Below are positions 1-12,639 of a stretch of DNA of 64,000 nt, piece by piece; the first letter of the stretch is position 1, and each line of letters starts with the position of its first letter. Position numbers and translations under genes: made by a program. Source of the DNA: Sphyrna mokarran. Taxonomy: Eukaryota. The stretch is from the NCBI GenBank assembly GCA_024679065.1, contig JAGIQG010000002.1:68014001-68078000 (forward strand), read 5' to 3'. The notes under the pieces are model-generated. The model made no database searches. It saw nothing but the letters and a program-made list of their open reading frames with translations, and had not been told where the DNA came from.

Positions 1-1027
1 GAATTTTTCTACTCTTCCCGCCAGTGCGATCTTCCAGAGCTACTGCGGGTCTCCAGTGAGGGGGCAGAGAGGTGTACGCAATGGGAAATCCCATAGACAG
101 TGGCAGGACCAGAACATCCTGTTGCTTGCCAATGGTGAGCCATCTCCCAGAGCCAAGAATCATGCTGAAGCGACGGTGGGGGTGGGGTGGGTGGGGGAGA
201 TGCATAGTATCTCACTCCAGATTTTTCTAACCTTTTCATTGTTGCCTATATTTTACTCCTGATTTCCTTTTTTGTTCTCGCTATTCCACCTTCTTTAATC
301 CGAATTAAATAGAGGGCAGTCATTCTCAGCTCTACATTATACACCCAGTTCAGTCATTATTTTGCTCAAATAGCTCCAAGGTTATCGAATTTTCCAGTGA
401 AAATCCCGTTAATCTATAGTTAGGTGCCAATGTAATGAATGTCTGATGTCCTTCTTTCGCCACTGAAATTAAAGTCTGGTCTGGTGTGTTCTGAGGTGCT
501 CAGCAATACAGGCCAGAAAGTATTAATTTTCACCCTATTCCCTAACGTAAGTAGCAGGAGCTACACTGCAATTGACCTCTATCGATCTCAGGAGGGGGAA
601 AACAGCCAAGATTTCCATCTCTGCTCATACCCACTAAGTCTCATTGGAACATGCACATGTGAGGAGAAGGCAGTGTTGTGCTTAATTGTGATATCCCATC
701 GTTCACCAATACTTACTGTCTCATCTCTCATTTTAAAGGGACTTTTGGATGAAGTGCTGAAGGGCAATTAATGTTTCCTCACTGCTCCTCCAATTACCTC
801 AGCAAAACAAATGGAAAAGAATCTGGAGGAAAATCTAAGACTCTAATTTATTGTTGGTAGCAGTTGACTGACCGTCCAATTTTTCATCACCATTACAAAG
901 ATCCTGGCATCCATTCAGCACTTCTTGACACAACGTAGCTATTACCTGTAAATCATCAGATGGGTAATAAAGAGAACAAACTTATATCCTACCATTCTAC
1001 AGCATAGGCCCTTCCTATCATTCCACA

Positions 1028-1320
1028 GGCGCACAGTGGTTAGCACTGCTGCCTCATAGTGCTAGGGTGAGGCAGCAATGTTCAATTATCTGCTTGGGTC
1101 ACTGTGTGAAGCCTACATGTTCTCCTCTTATCTGCGTGAGTTTCCTTCCACAGTCAGAAAGACGTGCAGGTTAGGTGAATTGGCCATGCTAAATTCTCCG
1201 TCAGTGCACCCGAACATGTGCTGGAGTATGGCAACTAGAGGAATTTTCATAGTAACTTCATTGCAGCATTAATGAAAGCCTACTTGTGACACAAATAAAC
1301 TTTTTAAAAATTTAAACCTT
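1028..1320 (+). mobile_element. tRNA-derived HE1-like SINE (tail type B)
   Basis: A-box-like CACAGTGGTTAGCACTGCTGCCTCA head, core GTTTCCTTCCACAGTC, tail ...GCCTACTTGTGACACAAATAAAC. Confidence 0.8.
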
Positions 1321-2309
1321 TAGTGCATCAATTCATCTCTTCTTTCTTCTCTTTATTAATTGTGAGCTTTCCCATCTGCTTCTTAAGAGGTTCCATATTA
1401 TATGTTTATTACATAAAATTACTAATTGCTAATGCCATTAGTATTGAATTCATAGTCAATACAATTATAAGATTTAAGCTCCATCTATGCTGTACTCGCC
1501 TGTTTTTACCCATAAACCTTTGTTCATTGCCTTTGGTTTCTCACAGGAGCTTTGCAGTTTCCAGCAAATTAACTCCATAGTCCTTCTTCCATTGAAAAGT
1601 GGATTAAACGCACCTAGTCTTTCTTCTTAACTAAATTGATTAAAATACAAATCTTCATTATTGTTGTTCGTTCTTGTTTTCATTCATTTCTGTAAGAACT
1701 GAGATTGGATGACACACGGTAGTTGGGGAGAGTGCAATGTCAAGATTTTGTGGAACTTATTGCCTAAGGGGAGCTACTGAGGCCATATTTGGAGAGCCCA
1801 TTGTTGCAATAATACCACATTATCCAATACATGTGGTTCATCAGGGGCATTTTAGGCCACTAGCAGAAACAAAGTTTAGTTACCCCTTGTGGTAATGTTT
1901 CAAAGTGGACCATTTTAAAATGTCCACTTTGAAAGATTAAAGGCTAAACCTAGCCCTTACCTTCAGTGGGCCAAGCTTAGATTCCCCCAGGTATTTCCTA
2001 CATCTGCCTCTTCATCATCCTGTATGCCTAAACTCACCAGCTATGCATAGCTGTGCAATGAAGGTGTAGGAGCCCCATTGAAGGTTCAGAGCTCTGAGAA
2101 TCTCTGATACAGGCTCTGCCTTCTCCTCATCCACTCTCCATTCAGGTGATATCTTTATAAGAAGCTTTTCTATATAGGTTTCCATTTGGTTTACAGCCAT
2201 TCTAAAATCCTCCCACTAAAGTTACAGTTGGAATCTGCCAGAATGACCATTTAATTTTAGCTCCGTTGGAATTGACCATTATAGCATGTTATCGTTATAA
2301 ATGTGAACA

Positions 2310-2630
2310 AGACTCCTTCGACAGCACCTCCAAACTTGTAACCTTTACTACATAGAAGGGCAAGGGCAGCAGATGCATGGGAATGTCAGCACTGGCAAGT
2401 TCCCCATACAAACCATACACAAGCCAGAACAATATCGGCATTCCTTCACTATCAGTGAGTCAAAATCCTGCAAAATCCTCCCTCCCCAATAGCACTCTGG
2501 GTGTATTTACACTACATTGACAGCACGTCTGAGAAGGTGGCTCACCAACATCTTAAGAGCAATTCAGGGTGGGTAACAAATGCTGACATTGCCTGCAATG
2601 CCAACATCATGTGAAAGAATAAAACATATA
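2310..2630 (+). mobile_element. 3' end of CR1-group (L2/Crack-like) LINE
   Basis: Same 3' sequence as 18750-19060 and 14030-14145, ending in an A-rich tail. Confidence 0.65.
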
Positions 2631-2704
2631 AATAATAACAAACAAAAATAAAGCTAAGTTAATGCCCGCAGGAAATCTGGACTATGCACAGGACTTTAAT
2701 ATGT

Positions 2705-3612
2705 CTTCTGCAATTATCCTCAACTCTGGTGCCCTGCAAGACTATGCCCTCAGCCTTTTAATACCTTCCTTAAACATTTATGACTATGTGACCAAATTCT
2801 ACTCCAAGTCCATTTTCAAGTTTGCTGGTGACACTATCGTAGTCGGTTGGATCTCAAACAATGGCGAGACGGAATACTGGAAAGAATAGATAATCGGGTG
2901 AAATGTGTGACGACAATAATCTCTTCCTCCATATCAGTAAAATGAAGGTGATAGTCATCGACTTCAGGAAACATAATGGAGGACATTCCCTTGTCTACAT
3001 CAATGGGGATAAAGTGGAAATGATCGACAGCTTCAAGTTTCTAGGCGTCCAAATTAAAAACAAGCTTTCCTAGTCCTCCATATGATGCTATTGTTAAGAA
3101 ACTTCACTAACATCTCTACTTTCTCAGGAAGCTAAGGAAATTTGGATGTCCTCTAAGACTCTGACCAATTTTATAGATGCACCATTGAAAGCATGTTTTC
3201 TGGATATATCACAGCTTGGTATGGCTCCTGCTCTGACTAAGACCACAGGAAACTATATCCATCAAATCCATCTATATTTCCCACTGCTTTGGAAAAGCAG
3301 CCAGCAAATCAAGGACCCCACACACTGACATTTTCTCTTCCACCTTTTTCCCTTGAAAAAAAATACAAACATCTGAGGTCTCATACCAACCGACTTCAGA
3401 ACAACTACTTCCGTGCTGCCATTAGGCTTTTGACTATTACATTAAGTTGATATTTCTCTACAATCTAATTATGACTGTAACACTATATTCTGCATCCTTT
3501 CCTTTCCTTCTCCCCAATGTACTCTATGAACAGTATGCTTGTCTGTATAGCAGGCAAGAAACAATATTTTTCACTGCATCCCAACATATGTGACAACAGT
3601 AAATTAAACAGT
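2705..3612 (+). mobile_element. Rex1/Babar-like LINE 3' fragment
   Basis: Degenerate GAxQ..LSxL and KFAGD RT motifs; collinear with 27095-28030. Confidence 0.75.
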
Positions 3613-3614
3613 AA

Positions 3615-4340
3615 AAAATTGCAGCATGCTGCTGTGCAGAGGGACTTGGGTGTCTTTGTGCAAATCTTAAGGGGTTGGTTTGCAGGTACAGCAGATAATT
3701 TAGAAGGCAAATGGAATTTTATCCTTCATTGCTGGAGGGATGGAGTTTAAAAACAGTGATGTTATGTTGCAGCTGCATAAGATTCTGGTGAGGCCACACC
3801 TGGAAGACTATGTACAGTTTTCTCTTTATTTGAGAAAAGATACAAGCACTGGAAGGGGTGTAGAGGAGATTCACAAGATTGATTCCAGAGTTGAGAGGGT
3901 TGGCTTACGAGGAGAGACTGAGTAGACTGGGGCTATACTCATTGGAATTCAAAAGAATGAGGGGAGATCTTATAGAAACATATAAGATTATGAAGGGAAT
4001 AGAAAAGATAGAAGCAGAGAAGTTGCTTCCATTGGCAGATGAAACTAGAACTAGGGGGCATAGCCTCAAAATAAGAGAAGCAGATTTAGGGCTGAGTTAA
4101 GGAGGAACTTCTTCACACAAAGGGTTACAAATCTGTGGAATTCCCTGCCTAGTGAAGTAGTTGAGGCTACCTCATTGAATGTTTTTAAAGCAAGGATAGA
4201 TGAATTTTTGAACAGTAAAGGAATTAAGAGTTATGGTGAGCAGGCAGGTAAGTGGAGCTGAGTTCACAAAAAGATCAGCCATGATCTTATTGAATGGTGG
4301 AGCAGGCTCGAGGGGACAGATGGCCTACTCCTACTCTTTC
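3615..4340 (+). mobile_element. CR1 LINE 3' fragment
   Basis: LVRPHLE, YEERL..LGLYSLE..R.RGDLIE, TRGH motifs and CR1 3' UTR. Confidence 0.88.
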
Positions 4341-5395
4341 AACATATAGTAGCTTGATTATATAAATTAGTTAAGTATAAATAGTAGAGAAATTTCTTGG
4401 TATGATATAAGGAATGACTTCACAAGAGAAACAGCAGTATTGGGTTCACATTATGCGAGTGGATATGCTGTTTCACATTATCAATAGTTATCCAGAAGAA
4501 ATATTGCAATTTTCAGTCGCTTAATGGAGCAAAAGGAATCTGAATATCTTCCAATTTTATTTAATGTTCCTCTTTAATCCTTTGTGCTCTTCACCATTAA
4601 TTAGGTATATAATTCCATCCTGATTTCACTTGCACAGAATGTAGGACTATCCACAACTAAGTCGAGTAATATTGACTGACATGCTGCAATTTCTTTTTGA
4701 TATAATTCCAGTCAATTTCAATCATCTGAAGTGAATGGAATAAATTTCACTTGAGCTTTAATTTTCCCATTTTCTAGGAAGCAGAAAATTCAATAAATCA
4801 GGAAATGTATTTTTTTATTTCTTTTCACAGAAGGGGAAGATTATCAAGCATTTGCATGCCAGTAAATATATTGCAAAATATCAATAACGTTTTAATTAAG
4901 GAAAAGAAGATTATGCTTGGTTACAATATGTGGGGATAAATGTCACGTACAAGTAGATTCTGATCATTTTCATTCCTTTTTGAGCTGCCCCTATTGAAAA
5001 TTTCAACATTATTTAATCTCAGTAATGTATTTGAGAAGTTATTTAAAACACTATTGTCTTGTCAGTGAGCTGGTATGTGAGACATTTGACAATTGCTTAC
5101 CCACATTCTGCATTAGATGGTGTAATTTAAAACACAATGGCCTTAATGTTTCACCTCCAGCAGTCTGCAACACATTCCATAAATATAAAGAAATAATTTA
5201 TAATATCATGACCCAGACCATGTGTAAATGTTAAAAGTGCAAAAAAAAAGCAGTGTGTTAAATGCCACAATGGATTAAGTCCCTGAAAAAAGCAATCCCA
5301 ATGTGTTTCAGTGCAAGCTTGGTATCAGTTCAGTATCAAGTTCATTAAATAGAAAAATTGTAAATTGGTTTCTAGACTACTATCAGCCAGAACCA

Positions 5396-5979
5396 GTGGG
5401 AATAGAGCTCTTACAGCATATTTCCTTTGCTGCAACTCCAGTGTAACAGCACAGGAATAATTTGTTCTATCCACATTCACAGCAAGCAGTCTTGTCCTTC
5501 AGGGTTATAGGCAGTGTTTTCCTGCGGTGTTCAGAGCCTCAACATTGGGGCTGGATGGAAGGACCAAGCCTAGACTGGCCAGGAGCCTGACTGTGAAAGC
5601 TGTTTCCCCAGAGATAGCCTACATAGAAACATAGAAGATAGGAGGAGGCCATATGGCCCTTTGAGCCCGCTCCACCATTTATTGAGTTGGATGATCAGCC
5701 ATGATCGTAATAGCCTAACCCCGCTTTCTCCCCATAACTTTTGATCCCAATCACCCCAAGTGCTATATCCAATTGCCTCTTGACTACATTCAATTTTTTT
5801 GGCATCAACTAGACTTCTATCCAGCCCCAAAGTTGAGGCCCTGAATACCACAAGCAAACACTGCCTATAACCTTCAAGGACAAGACTGCCTGCTGTGAAT
5901 GCGGATAGAACAAATTATTCCTGTGTTGTTACACTGGAGCTGCAGCAAAGGAAATATGCTGTAAGACCACTATTCCCAC
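5396..5979. repeat. Inverted repeat, ~166-bp arms (5396-5561 / 5814-5979)
   Basis: Arms are reverse complements at roughly 90% by eye. Confidence 0.9.
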
Positions 5980-6440
5980 AGAGTCACCACTCTAAGTGAA
6001 GAAATGTCTCCTCACCTCTGATCTTAGTGGTCTACCCTGAATCCTCAGACTGTGATCCCTTCTGGATTCCCCCACCGTTGGGAATATTCTCCCTGCATTT
6101 ACACTGTCTAATCCTGTTAGAATTTTATAACAGGTTTACAAGCTGATTCCAGGGATGGTGGAGCTGATGTATGAGGAGAGATTGACTAGGTTCAAGACTG
6201 TTTTTGCTGGAGTTCAGATGAATGAGGCAGGATCTCGTAGAGACTTAGAATTTTATAATTTGAAAAGCATCCATTAATTCTTATTCTTTGTTTTGTACCC
6301 ATCTGAATACACTCCCCCCAATCCCATGTGTTTTAATCTTGTATAATAATCTCTTGTGCGGGACTTGTCCGACACTTTTTGGAAGTCCAAATATACCATA
6401 TCTTCTGATTCCCCCTTGTCAACACTACTAGTTACATCTG
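5620..6440 (-). mobile_element. Rearranged CR1 remnant (contains a templated insertion and an internal inversion)
   Basis: Reverse-strand CR1 tail (acatagaaacatagaa) and YLDFQK..DK RT remnant; 6131-6244 is in the opposite orientation. Confidence 0.75.
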
Positions 6441-6446
6441 TGTAAA

Positions 6447-6925
6447 ATGCAGGATGCCTGGCTGACCACCAAGGCAGATGAAATACAGGGATATGCTGAC
6501 AGAAACGACTTGAAACGGTTCTATAAAACCCCTCAACACTCTCTACGGACCTTAATCTCTCAGTAGCTCCCCACTCCTGAGTACAGATAGTACAACTCAT
6601 TATAGAGAGGGCTCAAATCCTGCCGAGATGGGCTGAACATTTTAAAGCTGTTTTCAATCAAATGTCATCTATTAACGATGAGGCAATAGACAGGCTTCCC
6701 CAGGTTGATATCAACAGCATCAGGGATGACCCACTGGTAGTAGCCAAAGTCACGAAAGTTGTCAGCCAGCTATCCAATGGCAAAGCCCCAGGGGTAGACC
6801 CCTTACCTGCAGAGATATACAAAGCTGCTGGTCTTTTACTCATCAAGAAGCTCACTGAGTTGTTCCAGTCCTTTTGGAAGCAAAGGTCCATTCCTCAGGA
6901 ACTTAAAGATGCTTCTATTGTACAC
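6447..6925 (+). mobile_element. RTE-clade LINE internal ORF fragment
   Basis: RWAEHF, NGKAPGVDPLPAEIYK, IPQELKDASIVH are typical of the RTE ORF upstream of the RT domain. Confidence 0.75.
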
Positions 6926-7686
6926 CAGATGGCCAATCTGGGGTCCCCAGAACATTCATTGAGTTTCTAGATTAATAACAGTCTAGTGATAATACCCTAG
7001 GCCATTGCCTCCCTCTAGAATTTTGCACTCTTACTAAACAAACAGTCAGGTAGAGCTACCCTAGCTCTCTACTTGGCAAATGGAAACAATTTCCTGGAGC
7101 TATTTAAAAATTTAGATTATTAATTTGTGTCAATTATTTATATACTTGAGACAAATCAACAACATCAAAAACAAGCTGTGTGCATACAGTGCCTTTAATG
7201 TCGTAAAATGTCCCAAGGTACTTCATAGGCAAGCTACCAAGCAATAATGATACTGATCTACTTAATGGGCTATTTGGCCTGATGATCAAATGCTGCTCAG
7301 TGAGGTAGCAAAGGAAAGAAAGAGAGTTGGTGAGATTTGAGGAATTCCCAGTGGTTAGTGACAGTGAAGTGATTAAAATCAGGGAGCTCAAAGGATGGAG
7401 GAGCACTAATATCTCAGAGGGGTGTTGGATTGGAAGAAATTGCAGAGCTAGAAATGGGTGATGCTATGAAGAGATTTGCAAACAAGAAAGTGAATTTTAA
7501 AATCCAGCTATTGATTCACCAGGAGCCAAATCTAATTGCTTTTGTAATTTGCAACTGTAGATAAAGTTTTTATTGTTGATGCCTGCAGCCTGTCAGCTCA
7601 CTATACTATAGTTATTCAGGAACTAATCTGATCTGCTCTGAACAGATTTCTCAGTAAAAATCACATTTCAACATGAAAATCACTGG

Positions 7687-7726
7687 TGGGGGGGGGGGGG
7701 GGGGGAGGGAGGGAGGGAGGGAGGGA
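7687..7726 (+). repeat. Poly-G plus (GGGA)n simple repeat
   Basis: Directly visible. Confidence 0.85.
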
Positions 7727-7809
7727 AGAGAAAAGAAAGCACATTGCAATCACCGACACAACAAATATTCCACGCCAACTTTCGATCCATGGTTCACATT
7801 TAGCTAAAC

Positions 7810-8780
7810 CATAGTCATACGGTGCAGAAAAGACCCTTCGGCCCTCAAGTTTTGCACTGGACAATAACTACCACTCAAGGCACTCTAATCCCATTTTCCT
7901 ACACTTGTCCCATATCTTTAAATGTTATGATATTTCAAGTGCTCATCCAAATATTTTTTTAAAGATTATAAGATTTCCAGTCTCTCCTGTCTTCCTAGAC
8001 AGTGCATTCCAGATTCTCACCACTCTGAGTGGAGAAGTTTTTTTTCCCCTAAAATCCTCTCTAAATATCCTGCCCCTCACCCAAAAACTATGCACCCTTG
8101 TAATTGATCCCTCAATCAAGGGAAAGCTACTCACTCACCCTGTCTACATCATTCATAATCTTTTACACCTCAATCACGGTTTTCCTTAGCCTATTCTGCT
8201 CTAAAGAAAACAAGGTAAGAAGTCCCACAATACCAAGTTAAAGTCCAACAGGACTATTTGTAACAAACACCACTAGCTTTCAGAACTAGCTGTTCCTTCA
8301 CCAAATAGGTAGGAGTTCCAATCACAAACAGGATATATAAAGACACAACTCAATTTACATAAATAATGATTTGAATGTGAGTCCTTACAGCTAATCAAGT
8401 CTTAAAGGTATAGACAATGTGAGATTTAACCTGGTGTTGAGAGACTTCTTACGGTGTTTACTCCAGTCCAACACTGGCATCTCTTGAGTCATGACTAAAG
8501 AAAACAATCCAAGCCTACCTAGTCTCTCCTTATAGCTCAAATGCTCCAACCCAGGCAACATCCTGGTGAACCTCCTCCAGCCCCTTGAGGGCAATCACAT
8601 CTTTCCTGTAGTGAGATGACCAGAACTGCACACAGTACTCTTACTTTGTCCTAACCAACTCTCTGTATAAATCCAGCATTCCCTCCTTGTACTCTATACC
8701 ACAACTTATGAGAGCAAGTATTCCAAATGCCTTCTTAAAAATCCTTTTCGCACACTCTGCCACCTTCAGGGATCTGTGAA
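7810..8780 (-). mobile_element. CR1 3' fragment interrupted by a short Penelope-like insertion
   Basis: RRFTRMLPGLEHLSYKERLGRLGLFSL and RVVRIWNAL motifs. Confidence 0.82.
8214..8494. mobile_element. Short non-autonomous Penelope-like element with 13-bp target-site duplication
   Basis: CTAAAGAAAACAA at 8201-8213 and 8495-8507; partially inverted ends; decayed hammerhead-like core. Confidence 0.65.
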
Positions 8781-9872
8781 TGGAAATGCAATCAGTGCAA
8801 GTTGTTTTTCATGATGACCTTTAAGGGTCAATTTTCTGTGTTCTCATGTAATTAGCTATGGTGCATTCTGCAAGCACATAACAGACGTTTCCATTCAGAG
8901 GAAAGTTGAGAGCAATATATAAGATTTGAGCATGACTTGCTGTGACTGTGAAGTTTAATATTCTATTGGCATTCAACATAGTGATTGCTCAGCCCACTAA
9001 GATTCCTATGTTTCTTTCAACTTCATCCTTTAGATTTTCAATACTACTCATTTTCTCTTCCTTTGCTTATCTGTTTAGGCCACTTGGATGTTTTGCCCAA
9101 ATCACTTTCAAATTCTCCAGCTGCCTCCTCAAATTCCAGTGCTTCTTTTAGAATTCGACAAATTTGCATCTTGCTTTTGAAGCCAAAATGTTAATGCAAA
9201 TGAGAATTTGTTGGGATCCCAACACAATCTGCAGGTCATTCCAGTCAGTGTTTTGATGTGTTAGTTGTCGGATTTCATTGCTAAATGGCTGAATTTCTAT
9301 TTTACAGAACGGGCTGTGAAACCTATGATCCAAAACCACTTATTAATCTTTTAAGTTCCACTCAAATCTTTGCCATCTTTGACCTATATTTTTACTATTG
9401 CTGCCAATAGCAAATCAGGAGAACATTACAAATTACCTAGAATATACAGCACAGAATCAGGCCATTCAGCCCAGCTCTGTGTTAGTGTTTATGCTCCACA
9501 AACTTCCTCCCAGTCTACTGAAGTTCCAGACCAGGCCTGTATTCAATTTATCAGATTTCCAACTTCTGCAGTATTTATTTCATTTTTGCACAATAAATTC
9601 TGGTTTGGACAAGAGCAGGGAATTTCACCAATCCAGTCATCGATGCACTGGATAAAGAGAGGGAAGGGACCCAAGTGTTACTGAAACCAAGAATGTTTCA
9701 TATATCCCATGAAAAGACAGACATAATTAAGGTGTTTCATGGAATTGTCTTTTTCTCTTCCAAAGGGAGCTCTGAATAAACCTTCTCCCATATCAATCTG
9801 ATATGCTTAGATTGTGGCTGGTCAGACATTCTGCAATATCAAATTCATGTGTTCCAAGAAGTCTCACAGCAG

Positions 9873-10204
9873 TGCGACAGCACGATGGCACAGTGGTTAG
9901 CATTGCTCCCTCATTGTGCCAGGAACCTAGGTTTGATTCCTTGCTTGGGTCACTGTCTGTGCAGAGTCTGCACGTCTTCCCTATATCTGCATGAGTTTCC
10001 TCTGGGTGCTCCAGCTTTCTCCCACAATCCAAAGATGTGCGGGCTTAGGCGGATTGGCCGTGCTAAATTGCCCCTTGGTGTTAGGGGGACTAGCTAAGGT
10101 AAACACATGGGTTTTTGGGGATAAGGCCTGGGTAGAATTGGGGGCAGTGAAGATATGTTGAGCTGAATGGCTTCCTTCTGCACTATAGATTCTGTGCTCT
10201 ATGA
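9873..10204 (+). mobile_element. HE1-like tRNA SINE (CR1-type tail A)
   Basis: A/B box-like head (TGGCACAGTGG, GGTTTGATTCC), core and CR1-like tail. Confidence 0.85.
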
Positions 10205-10484
10205 CCTCATCTTCCCAAAATCAATGTAGGTGCTGGCTCTAACCTGACACCGTCATCTTAATTTACAGGAATCACATGCAATGTAGCCCTACAACTCACA
10301 CTGTCCTCACTTATCAAAGCAAATTGTGCAAACCTGTTGCTGGTAACATAAAATCAATTACAAATGCATTGCTAATAACATATTATGTGCTCTGACTCTT
10401 TCTGGGCAGTTCAATAAATTTGTCACACCTTCTTAATTCCCTGTAATTTATTACTTAAACAGCTCTGCTGATTTCAACCAAAGT

Positions 10485-10611
10485 AAGAAGTCTGACAACA
10501 TCAGGTTTAAATCCAACCGATCGGTTTAAATCCAACCGATATTTGATAGTAAACTCACAAGCTTTCGACTCTATGTGTTTACCCAAGTCCAATGCCGGAA
10601 TCTCTACATCA
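10485..10611. mobile_element. Short non-autonomous Penelope-like element with 16-bp target-site duplication
   Basis: TGATTTCAACCAAAGT at 10469-10484 and 10612-10627; same family as 8214-8494; internal 18-bp duplication. Confidence 0.68.
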
Positions 10612-11094
10612 TGATTTCAACCAAAGTCAGGTCTTCAATTAGTTTCTATCACCACCTCGTTAAACAGTGATTACCTTAATGATGTGAATCGTATCATTGC
10701 AGAGCCTGTGGCTAAGTGAAGAGTTTGAGAATTCTACATCAAGCCTGTATTTAAAAATATATTGATTAAGAATAACTACAGGTTTTACTGTCCACTGTAT
10801 TCAGCAGGCAAATCGTGTTAAAATCAACCTTTTGGCTGTAAGCAGTGGAGATCTAATACTAAAGATGTAGTGCAAATACAGCCTCATCTAAATTTCAATG
10901 AAACAACTGCATTGAATTTCATTCATTTCTAGTATTTGCGATCCTATTTAGCTCAATTGCAGATATTCGGGGGGAACCTTACCACTCCTCACATCCCGGG
11001 ATTTTCCCAGCCTGCCAAGTAAATTTGGCTGGCCACCAAATTCTCCAATCTCAGGACCGTAGTGTGAAAAGGCAGTAAGAATCTATCCACAGTT

Positions 11095-11705
11095 CTTTGA
11101 AGGACTCACATGTGCTGTGGATAAAGGGGAACCAGTGAATGAAACACAAAAGATGAGCATACAGAGCCATCCCAAATCGGAAAATGGGGGGCACGGTTTT
11201 CCCACCCCGCTATGCTGTACTTAGATTTCCAGAAGGCATTTGATAAGGTGCCACATCAAAGGTTATTGTAGGAAATAAAAGCTCATGGTATAGGGGATAA
11301 CATATTGGCAAGGATAGAAGATTGGCTAGCTAACAGGAAACAGAGTTGGCATTTTCTGGTTGGCAGGATGTGATGAGTGATGTGCAATAAGGATCAGTGT
11401 TAGTGTTACAATTTTTTCAATGATTTGGATGAAAGGACTGAAGGTATGGTTGTTAAATATGCTGATGACACAAGGATAGGTAGGAAACTAAATTACGAAG
11501 CAGCTGAAACAAGGCTACAAAGGATAGGTTAATTGAATGGGCAGAGAATTGGCAAATGGATTATAATGAGGACAATGTGAAATTGTCCATTTTGGGATGA
11601 AGAATAAAATGAAGCTTATTATTTAAATGGTGAGAAATTGCGGAGCCCTAAGGTGAAGAGGGACCTGGATGTCCCAGTGCATGAAACACAAAAGGCCAGT
11701 ATACA
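11095..11705 (+). mobile_element. CR1 RT fragment
   Basis: YLDFQKAFDKVPH and YADD motifs, degenerate. Confidence 0.8.
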
Positions 11706-12639
11706 GATCCAACCCAAATCGGAAAATGTGGGGCACAGTTTTCCCACAAGTAGCGCAACAGGGCAGGAAATTTCAGCAAGAGGCCAATAATGGGAATCGT
11801 AACTGGCATCTGGTTGGTTGCGATCTTCGTAGGGCATTTTCTACAATGATATCTGCCTTGTGCCATTCCCTGGCAAGACTGATTTTAATATTCATCACCT
11901 CATTTAAATCCTTTTAGCAAACCCAGGACGCAATTGCCCGGACTCACTTGGATTTCTAACCTCGCCAGTGAAATTTCCCACCAGCGGGAATCACAGATTG
12001 TCCTCAGCAATGGTGAGTGGATGTAACCGCCTCGCTGGTTGGACTGGAGGCCATTGAAGCCAGGGCCAGCCATCAGAAGGTGCGGATAGGGGCTGATGAT
12101 CGGGAAGCCAACTTTCAGGGGAATGGGGGCATGTCAACCAATCTCTCGATATATTTTCCCATCTAGCGGGCACTTGAATATTTTTGAGAAAATGACCTGA
12201 TCTCTCTCAGTATACCGTTCCTGCTCCTCACTGGTCCCACTAGGAAAGTCTAAAGAAGGAACATTCCTTTCTGGATTGCTCCAACTCCTAATTCTTTTTG
12301 TTACTGTTTTGTCCTGGCAGGAAAATCATTTCTGCTTCCTTCTTAGGCCACCTCATAAAAAGGTGAGTCAACATACACGTGTTAAAATAGCCCCATCAGT
12401 TCTGGATGAAGATCCTTGCCTCTTACTGAGGAGATCAGGTTTAAATCAGAGTCTGCCAACTCCAAACTAAGTGACCTGGGCAATTATCCATTCATCTGGC
12501 TTCTGTTGAATGCACAGTGTTCAATTGGTGCAGCAATAATTACAGATTAAATCTCAATCAAACTGTCGAACAGTGTTATCAACCAGCAATTACACGGTAA
12601 TAACTTGTGCACTGATGTTTAATCTGAGTTCCACAAGGA

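Noticed and set aside
10504-10540. 18-bp direct repeat as an array or CRISPR-like unit
   Set aside because: Only two copies, a local duplication within a repeat; the sequence is vertebrate
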